A stretch of 64,000 nt of DNA from NCBI GenBank assembly GCA_031366005.1, contig JANLZB010000094.1, positions 8,877 to 72,876 on the forward strand, written 5' to 3'. The notes below the pieces were generated by a model. The model saw only the letters and a program-made list of their open reading frames with translations, was not told the origin of the DNA and did no database searches. Of this stretch, positions 18,680 through 28,825 are shown in pieces. The stretch comes from Bacteroidota bacterium. Lineage in GTDB: Bacteria > Bacteroidota > Bacteroidia > AKYH767-A > OLB10. The stretch's first letter is position 1; every line of letters starts with the position of its first letter. The position numbers and the translations under genes are program-made.

Positions 18680-20770
18680 TTATTTCATTTTTTTCTCTGC
18701 AGGGTCAATGTACACAAGATTATTCAACTCCGCAATTGTTTTCACATTTCCAAATCTTATCTCTGCCTTGTCTTCTTTTATCTGCTCCACTATACCAATT
18801 ACTCTTCCATTACGGAGACGAACAGTACTTCCGCGTTTTATATTTATACGATTAGCTTTTAATATTTCCTCCTGTTTTAATTCTTCTTTTGCAGTGAGAA
18901 TTTTTTTGCGGTCGTTAAGTGAAGCATTGTATTTGTTAAGTACTTCATTTTTATTCTTCGCTAATTTCCATTCATGTACAAACTTTTTAAATTTTTCTTC
19001 CAGTTGATTCATCACACGTAATTCTTTCTGACGGATTCGTTCTGATTGTTCAAGATGCTTTTCTTCCTGTGTGCTTAAATTTTTCTGGTAACGCTGCATC
19101 ATTTCGTGCAAACGTTTTTCATTTGTTTTGCTTTCTGCAAGAATGCGGTTCAACTCACCTTTTTCCAGTTCCATTTTATTGAGCGTTTGCTCAAGGAGTA
19201 AACTATTACTCTTTACTTTTTTCTTTGCTTTTTTAATAACATGAAATGGCAAACCACTTCTTTCAGCAACAACAAAAGTGTAAGAACTTCCCGGCTTACC
19301 CATTTCCAAACGAAATTGCGGTTCCAGTTTTTTTGCATCAAATGCCATCGAGCCATTTATAATTCCAGGCGTACGATCAGCCAGCACTTTCAAGTTCATG
19401 TAATGCGTAGTGATGATTCCAAAAGCTTTTCGCTGATTTAATTCTTCTAAGATTGCTTCTGCCAAGGCTCCTCCTAAATCAGGATCGGTTCCTGTACCGA
19501 ATTCATCAATAAGAAATAAAGTATCAGCACCCGCCCGTTGTAAAAACATTCGCATGTGCTTCAACCGTGAGCTGTAAGTACTCAGCTCAAACTCCAATGA
19601 TTGTGAATCTCCTATATCAACCATGATATTTTTGAAAAAACCAAACCGGCTGTTTTCATCTGTAGTTGTCAGCAAACCACTCTGTAACATCATCTGCAAT
19701 AAGCCTACAGTTTTCATGCACACCGTTTTGCCTCCTGCATTCGGCCCGCTGATTACAAGGATGCGTTGTGTATCATCCAATTTTAAATCAAACGGAATAG
19801 TTGCTTTGCCTGATAGTTTATTAAAAAGATAGAGTAGGGGATGACGTGCTTCGCGTAAATCAATATGAGGATTTGAATTAACAAACGGAAGTGACGCATT
19901 CAGTTTCAGAGCTAATCTTCCTTTTGCTGCTGTAAAATCAAAGTATGCAATGTGTCCAGCATATTGAGAAATAGTTAAATGATACTTCCGGAGATTTTCA
20001 GTTAACTCTTTCAGTATTCGAAAAATTTCCTGTTGTTCTTCCGCTGCTAACTCGTATAAATGATTATTGATAGAAATTGTTTCTTCCGGTTCAATGTAAC
20101 AGGTTTTTCCTGTGGCTGATAAATCATGAATGATACCTTTAGCGCTTCTTTTATGTTCTGCAAGAATTGAAATCACTCTTCGTCCGTTTTTCCAGCTTTC
20201 TTCAGCATCTGTTAACCAGCCATTCTTGCGGTATTTATTCATTACAGAATTATAAACCTGATCGGATTCTGTGCGTTTACGCGAAATAGTTTTACGTATA
20301 GCTGAAAGCTCAGGCGAGGCATTGCTTCGTACAACACCGGTATCATCCAAAACATTTTCTATTTCTTTAATTATTGCAGGTTCAAATACTGTATCAACAA
20401 TTATCTTTTGCAACAACAAATATTTCTCTTCCCTTGCTTTGAAAAAATCAAAAATGTTTTTCATGATCACAGTTGTTTTGTACAACTGCATAAACTGTTG
20501 TGCATTTAAAACTGAATTGCGTATGCTTAACAACTTTAATTCCTGTGACACATCAGGATAACCTTCGATCTGTAATGGCTCCGCATTAGAAATGATTTTT
20601 CTGAATTCTTCTGTCTGTTCAAGTAAGGTAACTGCTTCAGAAAAATCGGCAGTAGGTTTCAGTTGTTGTGCTAATTTTTTTCCTGCCAACCCAATACATT
20701 CTTCTTCAAGCAACTGCCTTATCTTTTCAAATTCACTAACCAGCAAAGAATTGAGAGGAAATATTTTCAT
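18680..20770 (-). CDS. mutS2: MutS2-family protein (endonuclease MutS2-like), apparently without a C-terminal Smr domain
   Basis: MutS domain III/V with Walker A GPNAGGKT and the DE…TDP motif. The likely true start is the ATG at 20770 (MKIFPLNSLL…). The ORF-track extension to 20869 translates the ACGAAT repeat element. Confidence 0.7.
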   Translation of the reverse strand: MKIFPLNSLLVSEFEKIRQLLEEECIGLAGKKLAQQLKPTADFSEAVTLLEQTEEFRKIISNAEPLQIEGYPDVSQELKLLSIRNSVLNAQQFMQLYKTTVIMKNIFDFFKAREEKYLLLQKIIVDTVFEPAIIKEIENVLDDTGVVRSNASPELSAIRKTISRKRTESDQVYNSVMNKYRKNGWLTDAEESWKNGRRVISILAEHKRSAKGIIHDLSATGKTCYIEPEETISINNHLYELAAEEQQEIFRILKELTENLRKYHLTISQYAGHIAYFDFTAAKGRLALKLNASLPFVNSNPHIDLREARHPLLYLFNKLSGKATIPFDLKLDDTQRILVISGPNAGGKTVCMKTVGLLQMMLQSGLLTTTDENSRFGFFKNIMVDIGDSQSLEFELSTYSSRLKHMRMFLQRAGADTLFLIDEFGTGTDPDLGGALAEAILEELNQRKAFGIITTHYMNLKVLADRTPGIINGSMAFDAKKLEPQFRLEMGKPGSSYTFVVAERSGLPFHVIKKAKKKVKSNSLLLEQTLNKMELEKGELNRILAESKTNEKRLHEMMQRYQKNLSTQEEKHLEQSERIRQKELRVMNQLEEKFKKFVHEWKLAKNKNEVLNKYNASLNDRKKILTAKEELKQEEILKANRINIKRGSTVRLRNGRVIGIVEQIKEDKAEIRFGNVKTIAELNNLVYIDPAEKKMK

Positions 20771-20773
20771 AAC

Positions 20774-20848
20774 ATCTACGAATACGAATAGCGTACGAAT
20801 ATACGAATGGTGCGCGCAAGCATTGGTATATTCGTTTTGATTCGCATT
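20774..20848. repeat. ACGAAT/ATTCG hexamer-armed element (copy B, inverted relative to copy A) in the mutS2/tkt divergent region
   Basis: atctacgaatacgaat here equals the reverse complement of attcgtattcgtagat at 7960-7975. There are four acgaat and two to three attcg repeats. Confidence 0.65.
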
Positions 20849-20936
20849 GACGTAAATCTTTTTATTCACATCTTTTTAAAAGTTAATGCCACACTGATTA
20901 ATCCCTTTAATTTTACGCACTTAAAATATTTCTCCT

Positions 20937-21782
20937 ATGGCTGATATTGCCTATCTTAAAAAATTTGCTACACAGGTACGCAGAGATATACTCCAAATGG
21001 TTCATGGTCCACAAAGCGGTCATCCGGGCGGTTCACTTGGCTGCACAGATTTTTTTACTGTGATGTATAACGAAATTCTGCATCATAGAAATAACCCTTT
21101 TAACATGGATGGTGTAGATGAAGATTTATTTTTTCTAAGCAATGGACACATTTCTCCTGTTTGGTACAGTGTGCTTGCCCGGACTGGTTATTTTGATGTA
21201 AAAGAGCTTGCAACCTTTCGTAAAATCAATTCACGTTTGCAGGGACATCCTGCCACGCATGAAGGTTTGCCTGGAATCCGTGTTGCATCAGGATCATTAG
21301 GACAAGGGTTATCAGTTGCTGTTGGAGCTGCACACGCCAAGAAATTAAACAACGATAATTTTTTAGTTTATAGCTTGCATGGTGATGGAGAACTGCAGGA
21401 AGGACAAATTTGGGAAGCTGTGATGTATGCTGCCGCAAAAAAAGTCGATAATCTGATTTCAACGGTTGACGTAAATGGTCAGCAGATTGATGGCGCAACA
21501 AAAGATGTTTTACCAATTGGCGATTTGAAACCTAAGTGGGAAGCATTTGGATGGATGGTATTGGAAATGGATGGAAATAATCTGGAAGAAGTGTTGAATA
21601 CTTTAAATCATGCAAAAACGTTAACAGGAAAAGGACAGCCAATTGTTATATTGATGAATACAATTATGGGATATGGAGTTGATTTTATGATGCACACACA
21701 TAAGTGGCATGGTGTAGCTCCTAACAATGAACAGCTTGAAACAGCACTTGCACAATTAGAAGAATCGCTTGGTGATTATTAA
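20937..21782 (+). CDS. transketolase, N-terminal (TPP-binding) subunit of a split transketolase
   Basis: Motifs HPGGSLGCTD and GDGELQEGQIWEA. Length is 281 aa. Confidence 0.85.
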   Translation: MADIAYLKKFATQVRRDILQMVHGPQSGHPGGSLGCTDFFTVMYNEILHHRNNPFNMDGVDEDLFFLSNGHISPVWYSVLARTGYFDVKELATFRKINSRLQGHPATHEGLPGIRVASGSLGQGLSVAVGAAHAKKLNNDNFLVYSLHGDGELQEGQIWEAVMYAAAKKVDNLISTVDVNGQQIDGATKDVLPIGDLKPKWEAFGWMVLEMDGNNLEEVLNTLNHAKTLTGKGQPIVILMNTIMGYGVDFMMHTHKWHGVAPNNEQLETALAQLEESLGDY

Positions 21783-21792
21783 AACTGAAAAA

Positions 21793-23229
21793 ATGAATTG
21801 TTTAAACGCAAAGACGCATAGGCGCGAAGATTTACTTTGCGTCTTTGCGTCTTTGCGTTTCATTTTTTTTTTAGTTTTAATTAATTTATTTTTTCATTCT
21901 TCCGATGGTTTTTCTCAAACATCAGTAAAACAAAAGAAGCAACTCACTCGAATTCTTTTTTTATTCGATGCTTCGCAAAGCATGTATGCAAAGTGGGAGA
22001 CAAATACCAAGTTTGAAATTGCGAAAAAATTATTGGGTGAGATGGTGGATAGTCTTCAACCGATTGATGATCTGGAATTAGCGTTGAGAGTATATGGTCA
22101 TACCAAACGTTATCCTCCGCAGGATTGTGATGACACACGATTGGAGGTTCCGTTTGGAAAGCAAAATGGTTTTCATATTAAAAAACGTTTAAGTGAAATT
22201 AGTCCTAGCGGAACCACACCTATCGCACGTTCTCTTGAAGAGAGTGGAAAGGATTTTCCACAAACACCTGCACGAAATATTATCATTTTAATTACAGATG
22301 GAATTGAAGAATGTAATGGTGACCCATGTGCAGTTTCTGCTGCTTTACAGAAAAAGGGGATCGCTCTCAAACCTTTTGTAATTGGATTAGGTGTGAATAA
22401 AGATTTTTTAAAATTTTTTGAATGCGTGGGAACTTATTTTGATGCTGCTGACGAAACTTCTTTTAAAAACATTTTGAATGTTGTAATAACACAAGCACTC
22501 AACAACACTACTGTACAGGTTAATTTGCTTGACACATATCATAAACCAACCGAAACAAATGTTGGAATGACTTTTTATGATGAATTCACCGGAGCCATCC
22601 GTTATGATTTTGTGCATACAATGAATGGAATGGGTTTGCCCGATACGCTGCAAATTGATCCTTTAGGAAAATACCGGATTGTTGTTCATACAATTCCTTC
22701 TGTAGAAAAAGATAGCGTAACTCTCAACATGGGTAAGCATAATATCATTGGTATTTCAACTCCGCAGGGTGATCTGAATTTAAAGCTCGAAGGAAGTTAT
22801 GATTACAAAAAGCTGCAATGCATCATTCGCAAACATGATGAGATGCAAACATTAAATATCCAGGAATTTAATACCTCTGAACGATACCTTACCGGTAAAT
22901 ATGATCTGGAAATTCTTTCGTTACCAAGAATAAATTTAGAAAGCGTTGATATCAGTCAAAGTAAAACCACCAATGTACAAATTCCTAATCCAGGTATTGT
23001 AACATTGATTTCCAATGCTCCCGGTTACGGAGGAATTTATCTTGAAGAAAAAAATGAATTGAAGTTGATTTACACCTTGGCACAAAACAGTGTAAAGGAA
23101 ACTGTAGTGTTGCAGCCCGGAGCGTACAGGGTTATATTCCGGCCGAAAAATTCTCAATTAGCACTTTATACAATTGATAAAAGTTTCAGGATAACATCCG
23201 GTAATAGTACATCGGTCACGATTAATTAA
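21793..23229 (+). CDS. von Willebrand factor A (vWA) domain protein, probably membrane-anchored or secreted
   Basis: vWA β1/MIDAS motif LFLFDASQSMYAKW and ILITDGIEEC. The start is uncertain; 21793 is the second ATG and the ORF-track start is 21769. Confidence 0.6.
   Translation: MNCLNAKTHRREDLLCVFASLRFIFFLVLINLFFHSSDGFSQTSVKQKKQLTRILFLFDASQSMYAKWETNTKFEIAKKLLGEMVDSLQPIDDLELALRVYGHTKRYPPQDCDDTRLEVPFGKQNGFHIKKRLSEISPSGTTPIARSLEESGKDFPQTPARNIIILITDGIEECNGDPCAVSAALQKKGIALKPFVIGLGVNKDFLKFFECVGTYFDAADETSFKNILNVVITQALNNTTVQVNLLDTYHKPTETNVGMTFYDEFTGAIRYDFVHTMNGMGLPDTLQIDPLGKYRIVVHTIPSVEKDSVTLNMGKHNIIGISTPQGDLNLKLEGSYDYKKLQCIIRKHDEMQTLNIQEFNTSERYLTGKYDLEILSLPRINLESVDISQSKTTNVQIPNPGIVTLISNAPGYGGIYLEEKNELKLIYTLAQNSVKETVVLQPGAYRVIFRPKNSQLALYTIDKSFRITSGNSTSVTIN
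21812..21873 (+). terminator. hairpin acgcaaagacgca…tgcgtctttgcgt followed by a T10 run (intrinsic terminator after tkt-N)
   Basis: 13-bp stem followed by T10 at 21863-21872. It overlaps the presumed 5' end of the vWA gene. Confidence 0.6.
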
Positions 23230-23254
23230 ATTTGTAAGTATCAAATTCTTAAAA

Positions 23255-23509
23255 ATGAGAAGTATAAAAGTTACAATTGATAATGAAAAAAATCTGGCAT
23301 TGGCTAAAGACTTGCTTAACGCTATGAAGTTTGTTATTGAAGTCGAAGATTTGGATGAGAATGATCAAACAGTCAACGATGATTTCAAGTTATCACCAGA
23401 AATGCTTGCAGAAATAAAAAGAAGAAGAAAGGAGTTGCATGATAATCCAGATTTGGGTTTAACATTAGAAGAACTCGGAAGAGAAATACGAGTAAAGTAT
23501 GGCTTTTAA
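23255..23509 (+). CDS. putative addiction-module antitoxin (CHP02574-like)
   Basis: 84-aa protein with the C-terminal motif LSPEMLAEIKRRRKELHDNPDLGLTLEEL. Its stop overlaps the downstream toxin gene. Confidence 0.5.
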   Translation: MRSIKVTIDNEKNLALAKDLLNAMKFVIEVEDLDENDQTVNDDFKLSPEMLAEIKRRRKELHDNPDLGLTLEELGREIRVKYGF

Positions 23510-23804
23510 TTTTCGTATTCATGAATTAGCTAAGAAGGAGTTATATGAAAGCATCGAATGGTATGAAGCTAAAGCGGAAGGTTTAGGTAAGGATTTCTAT
23601 ATTGATGTGGAAAAAGAGTTTCGAAGAATAATTGCAAATCCATTTACATATCCTGAATATGAAGTTGTATTAAGAAAAGCAGTTTTGGTAGAATTTCCTT
23701 TCAATATCTTATTTGATTATAAAGATAACATTGTCTTTATCCATGCAGTTTTACATCATAAGCGAAGTAATAAAAATGTTTTGAAAAGAAAATTTAAGAA
23801 TTAA
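23499..23804 (+). CDS. type II toxin-antitoxin system RelE/ParE-family toxin
   Basis: 101-aa protein (…IIANPFTYPEYEVVLRKAVLVEFPFNILFDYKDNIVFIHAVLHHKRS) with the ParE/RelE fold pattern. It overlaps the antitoxin gene by 11 nt. Confidence 0.65.
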   Translation: MAFNFRIHELAKKELYESIEWYEAKAEGLGKDFYIDVEKEFRRIIANPFTYPEYEVVLRKAVLVEFPFNILFDYKDNIVFIHAVLHHKRSNKNVLKRKFKN

Positions 23805-23811
23805 TCAGTCA

Positions 23812-24798
23812 ATGAAAAAATATACTTACACTGAAAAAAAAGATACACGCTCAGGATTTGGTGCGGGATTGTTAGAGTTAGGAAGAAAGAATCCTAACAT
23901 TGTTGCACTTTGTGCTGACTTAACAGGCTCTTTGAAAATGGATGCATTTGCAAAAGAATTCCCTGATCGGTTTTTCCAGGTTGGAATTGGAGAAGCAAAC
24001 ATGATGGGCATTGCAGCAGGACTAACCATAGGAGGTAAGATTCCATTCACAGGAACCTTTGCTAATTTTTCAACGGGACGTGTCTATGATCAGATACGCC
24101 AGAGCATTGCTTACTCGGGTAAGAATGTAAAAATTTGTGCATCACATGCCGGTGTTACGCTTGGCGAAGATGGAGCAACACACCAGATATTAGAAGACAT
24201 TGGCATGATGCGTATGCTGCCGCACATGGTCGTGATTAATCCTTGTGATTACAATCAAACTAAAGCTGCAACCATTGCAATTGCAGAACATTATGGCCCG
24301 GTTTATTTGCGTTTCGGTCGTCCAACGGTTCCGGTTTTTACAGATCCAAATCAAAAATTTAAAATTGGTAAAGCAGTAATGATTAATGAAGGAACCGATG
24401 TATCAATTTTTGCAACCGGACATTTAGTGTGGAAAGCTATTGAAGCAGGAGAAATGCTTGCCGCAAAAGGAATTTCTGCAGAGATTATTAATATCCATAC
24501 CATCAAACCATTGGATGAAAAAGCAATTCTCGATTCAGTGAGAAAAACACATTGTGTGGTGAGTGCTGAAGAGCATCAGCGCAACGGTGGATTGGGAGAT
24601 GCTATTGCACAATTATTATCGCGCACACATCCAACGCCACAGGAATATGTAGCTGTTAATGATAGCTTTGGTGAAAGCGGACAGCCGGAAGAATTAATGG
24701 TGAAGTATGGATTGGATGCACATGCTATTGTTAAAGCTGTTGAAAAAGTTTTATCACGTAAAGTGCACGAGCCGGAAAAAGTTAATCCGTTTCATTAA
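23812..24798 (+). CDS. transketolase, C-terminal (pyrimidine-binding) subunit
   Basis: Motifs GIAEANMMGIAAGL and HAGVTLGEDGATHQ. Length is 328 aa. Confidence 0.85.
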   Translation: MKKYTYTEKKDTRSGFGAGLLELGRKNPNIVALCADLTGSLKMDAFAKEFPDRFFQVGIGEANMMGIAAGLTIGGKIPFTGTFANFSTGRVYDQIRQSIAYSGKNVKICASHAGVTLGEDGATHQILEDIGMMRMLPHMVVINPCDYNQTKAATIAIAEHYGPVYLRFGRPTVPVFTDPNQKFKIGKAVMINEGTDVSIFATGHLVWKAIEAGEMLAAKGISAEIINIHTIKPLDEKAILDSVRKTHCVVSAEEHQRNGGLGDAIAQLLSRTHPTPQEYVAVNDSFGESGQPEELMVKYGLDAHAIVKAVEKVLSRKVHEPEKVNPFH

Positions 24799-24868
24799 AC
24801 CATTTCATTTTTTTTCAGTCAATGGACATTGACTGAACTTTTACTCTTCTCCTTATTTAAATTTTTAT

Positions 24869-25423
24869 ATGGCTGAGTACAGCGATGGTGAGTTATTATT
24901 ACAATTCAAAAATCCTGATGGAAATGCAAGGCACTATGCATTCAATCTGATTGTAAAAAAATACCAGCAGAAACTTTATTATCACATCCGCAAAATGGTG
25001 ATTGATCACGATGACACGGATGATATACTGCAAAATGTTTTTATCAAAGTATGGAATAGCCTGGATGGATTTCGCGAAGACAGTCAGCTTTACACCTGGA
25101 TTTATCGTATTGCAACCAATGAATGTTTAACTCATCTGAAAAATAAAAAGAAAAGATTTTTTCTGCCTATTGCAGATGTGGAGCACGAATTAAGTGATAT
25201 GCTCAGCAGCAGTGATAATTTCAGTGCAGATAAATTGCAACTTAAATTACAACAGGCAATTTTAACATTACCTGAAAAACAAAGACTTGTATTTAACATG
25301 CGTTATTATGATGAGATTAAATATGAAGACATGTCAGAGATTTTAGGAACTTCGGTAGGCGCATTAAAGGCATCTTATCATCATGCAGTACAGAAAATTG
25401 AGAAATTTATTGTGGGTGATTAA
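24869..25423 (+). CDS. RNA polymerase ECF-type sigma-70 factor
   Basis: Region 2 (DDTDDILQNVFIKVW) and region 4 (YYDEIKYEDMSEILGTSVGALKASY) are both present. Confidence 0.85.
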   Translation: MAEYSDGELLLQFKNPDGNARHYAFNLIVKKYQQKLYYHIRKMVIDHDDTDDILQNVFIKVWNSLDGFREDSQLYTWIYRIATNECLTHLKNKKKRFFLPIADVEHELSDMLSSSDNFSADKLQLKLQQAILTLPEKQRLVFNMRYYDEIKYEDMSEILGTSVGALKASYHHAVQKIEKFIVGD

Positions 25424-25515
25424 ACTTTATATGTTGTTTGCAATCTTAGATATAAGTAAAATGTGATGAGGTAATTAAATGATGATACAATAAAAATGAC
25501 AAATACCTATTGACA

Positions 25516-25965
25516 ATGAAAAATGATGATGAATTGAAAGATGCACCGGGATTGAGAGGGATGAAAAGAGAAAATCCATTTACAGTTCCTCATGGATATT
25601 TTGATTCTTTGAGTTCCAGGATTCAGGATCGGATAAATGCTCCTCAAGCAATAAGTATTTGGGAAAAATTATTGCTTCCTTTACAACGCCCTGCTTTTGC
25701 TTATGTCACCATAACAATTGCAATGTTAATTTGTGCAAGTGTTTATTTTACTCAAAAGAAAAATAACGTTGCAACACCACAAGTTGCAGAGGTAAATATT
25801 ACTGCAGATGATATATACAACTCAGGCATTATATATGAATATGATGAAAACACCTTGACAGAAGTTTTAGCTGCTAATACATCTACAAAACAATCATCAA
25901 CTGAATTAGAAGATTACCTGATTGATATAAACACTGATGAATCAGATTTAATAAATGAATTATAA
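25516..25965 (+). CDS. hypothetical single-pass membrane protein, candidate anti-sigma factor
   Basis: It lies immediately downstream of the ECF sigma gene, has one TM segment (AFAYVTITIAMLICASVYF), and carries no recognisable domain. Confidence 0.35.
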   Translation: MKNDDELKDAPGLRGMKRENPFTVPHGYFDSLSSRIQDRINAPQAISIWEKLLLPLQRPAFAYVTITIAMLICASVYFTQKKNNVATPQVAEVNITADDIYNSGIIYEYDENTLTEVLAANTSTKQSSTELEDYLIDINTDESDLINEL

Positions 25966-26013
25966 AAATACAATTTTGCTATACATCAATTCAACAATAC
26001 AATTCAAAATGCT

Positions 26014-26502
26014 ATGAAAAAGATAATATTATTTCTCCCCCTCTTATTTTGCTTAACCTGGATTACACTTCCGGCACAACGTCCTGGTCCGCCACCACGC
26101 GACCGTATGATGGATAGGGGAGATCGCAAAGAGCAAATTGAATCCATGAAAATTGCTTTCATCACTAAGAAGTTAGATCTCACACCTGATGAAGCAAAAC
26201 GTTTCTGGCCTGTTTACAATCAATATACTGATGAGCTTCAGGGATTACGTAAAGATCGCAGAGAGCGTAACCGTGATGCGCGTGAAGATTTGGATAAACT
26301 TGGTGATAAAGAAGTTGAAAAATTAGTGGATGATGAAATTATTTTTCGTCAGCAGGAGATAGATGTGATAAAAAAATATCATGCTCAGTTTAAATCTGTG
26401 TTGCCAATTAAGAAAGTAGCAAGGCTATATCGTGCTGAAGAAGAATTTAAGCGCGAGTTGCTGGAAAGAATAAGAGACAGGAAAGAAGACAGGAGACCAT
26501 AA
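26014..26502 (+). CDS. hypothetical secreted charged helical protein (Spy/CpxP-like?)
   Basis: Signal peptide followed by a Lys/Arg/Glu-rich helical region. The assignment is context-based only. Confidence 0.35.
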   Translation: MKKIILFLPLLFCLTWITLPAQRPGPPPRDRMMDRGDRKEQIESMKIAFITKKLDLTPDEAKRFWPVYNQYTDELQGLRKDRRERNRDAREDLDKLGDKEVEKLVDDEIIFRQQEIDVIKKYHAQFKSVLPIKKVARLYRAEEEFKRELLERIRDRKEDRRP

Positions 26503-26671
26503 TCGTTTTTGGAATGAAAAATTTATAGAATTATTTTTCTAGGGTTATAAATGTTTTACGACAAATCCGTTTTTCGATAAGACCAAAGTTGGGAATCAGC
26601 CGTCCAAAGCGCATTTAAATGTTGCATTAAAAAATTTCTCTACATTAGGCGCCTAAACCTCAATAAAAAAT

Positions 26672-28393
26672 ATGACTGAAATACAAAAAGGACACCCTAA
26701 AGGATTATATGTGTTATTTATTACTGAAATGTGGGAACGCTTTTCTTACTACGGTATGCGTGCAATATTTATACTTTTTATGGGAAAAGCATTGCTGTTT
26801 GACAAAACGCTTTCCTCACAGATTTATGGAAGCTATACCGGATTAGTATATCTAACTCCGCTGATAGGCGGTTATGTAGCTGACCGGTATTGGGGTAACC
26901 GTAAATCAATAATTTTTGGCGGATTGATAATGGCTGTGGGACAATTTCTAATGTTTTTGTCGGGATCGTTTTATCAAGCCATTGATACAGCAACTTTTTT
27001 AATGTATGGAGGATTGGGCTTACTGATTTTCGGAAATGGTTTTTTTAAACCCAATATTTCCACTATGGTAGGGCAGCTTTATCCTCCCGGAGATAAACGT
27101 GTTGATTCTGCATTCACTATATTTTATATGGGAATAAACTTAGGTGCTTTCATCGCTCCATTGTTATGCGGTTATCTTGGCGACACAGGCAATGCCGCAG
27201 ATTTCAAATGGGGATTTTTAGCTGCATGCATAGGTATGTTATTAAGTGTGGCATTATTTGTCTGGTTAAAAAACAAATACATTGTTACCCCGGAAGGAGT
27301 GCAAATTGGAGATAAACCAAACAACGCAAGGCAAAAACAGGACATTGACACGCTGGCTGAAGCTAAAACCGAATTTCCTGTTAAATTTTTTGCAATTTGG
27401 GGTGGGATAGCGATTGTACTATTCTTAGTGTTTTTTTATGGTGTTGGTTTTGATTTAATAGGCTCATCAATATTCTCCCTTGCAATTGGCGTTCCGGGTT
27501 TAATAATGAGTGATCCTTCATTATCTAAAACTGAACGGGACAGGATATGGGTAATTTATATTGCATGTTTTTTTGTAATCTTTTTCTGGAGTGCATTTGA
27601 GCAAGCTGGCGCATCACTCACCTATTTTGCTGAGGAGCAAACAGATCGTCATCTTTTTGGATACTTGATACCTGCTTCTTATTTTCAAGCTATCAATGCA
27701 GTGGCGATAGTGATTTTTGCACCACTATTTGCTTTGCTATGGACATTTCTTGGTAAAAAAAATCTGGAACCACCATCTCCATTTAAGCAAGCGATGGGAC
27801 TGTTTTTATTAGCTATCGGATACCTTGTAATAGCGTTTGGTGTAAAAGGTTTAGCCCCGGGCATAAAGGTTTCGATGATGTGGCTCACAGCATTATACAC
27901 TATTCACACTTTTGGAGAGTTATGTCTTTCGCCAATAGGTTTGTCAATGGTAAACAAATTAGCCCCCGTAAAATTTGCATCACTGTTAATGGGAGTTTGG
28001 TTCCTGGCTAATGCTACTGCCAATAAATTTGCCGGGCAGTTAAGTGCATTATATCCAGAAACAGTTATTCCTGTTGAGGTTGTAGATAATATCAGCATGA
28101 AAAAACATATTACTCTAATAAAAGAAAACAGCAAGCTCGAAGAATACAAGGGTAAAAAAGTTTATCTCATGGAGATGATTGACTTTTCAGTGATAAAAGA
28201 TGAAAATGAAAAGAAAGATGCTGTAATAGCCGTGGAGACTGCTGGCATTGTTAAAGAAAAATCATTTGTCGGAATCAGAATCGGGAATTTGTATGATTTC
28301 TTTATGATATTCGTTTTCATGGCGGGCATTGCATCCTTCATTTTATTTGGAATTGCAACTAAGTTAGTAAAAATGATGCACGGGGTTAGATAA
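26672..28393 (+). CDS. proton-dependent oligopeptide transporter (POT/PTR2 family)
   Basis: POT signature motif GLYVLFITEMWERFSYYGMRAIF. The protein is 573 aa with many TM segments. Confidence 0.85.
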   Translation: MTEIQKGHPKGLYVLFITEMWERFSYYGMRAIFILFMGKALLFDKTLSSQIYGSYTGLVYLTPLIGGYVADRYWGNRKSIIFGGLIMAVGQFLMFLSGSFYQAIDTATFLMYGGLGLLIFGNGFFKPNISTMVGQLYPPGDKRVDSAFTIFYMGINLGAFIAPLLCGYLGDTGNAADFKWGFLAACIGMLLSVALFVWLKNKYIVTPEGVQIGDKPNNARQKQDIDTLAEAKTEFPVKFFAIWGGIAIVLFLVFFYGVGFDLIGSSIFSLAIGVPGLIMSDPSLSKTERDRIWVIYIACFFVIFFWSAFEQAGASLTYFAEEQTDRHLFGYLIPASYFQAINAVAIVIFAPLFALLWTFLGKKNLEPPSPFKQAMGLFLLAIGYLVIAFGVKGLAPGIKVSMMWLTALYTIHTFGELCLSPIGLSMVNKLAPVKFASLLMGVWFLANATANKFAGQLSALYPETVIPVEVVDNISMKKHITLIKENSKLEEYKGKKVYLMEMIDFSVIKDENEKKDAVIAVETAGIVKEKSFVGIRIGNLYDFFMIFVFMAGIASFILFGIATKLVKMMHGVR

Positions 28394-28825
28394 ATTATAG
28401 TAGTGTTGGGTTTACTCTGTTCGGTATAAAAGTCACAAACAAAACTATAAACCTTAAACAGTCCTGTTTTCAGGAACAAGTGTGGTTGGTTAGACAATTC
28501 GTTGTTTCAAACAGCTATCATTAATTAAGCAACCAAGTATGTTTCGTAGCTTTGGTGGGTATTCCGAATCATTATCGGTTGCTTAGTACACTTTTCAGCA
28601 GCAGTATTTGTACTATTATTCATCATTGTTAAAACCGTTTTCGCAATTAATCTGATAACACTTATTGGGGTGGTATATTTATGATATTTTGTATTTAAAA
28701 GCAGGAAGTGGGGAGTAAAGTATCCGATGGTCAATTAGAGGTAATGAGACTTCTCGCGACTCCCTACTCACTACTTATAATCTCCAAGCTCCCTTCTTTA
28801 ATAAAACTTTTATTTTTACCCCCAG

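Noticed and set aside
20771-20869. 33-aa N-terminal extension of MutS2 (MNKKIYVNANQNEYTN…)
   Set aside because: It is the translation of the ACGAAT repeat element. The MutS2 homology begins at MKIFPLN (ATG at 20770).
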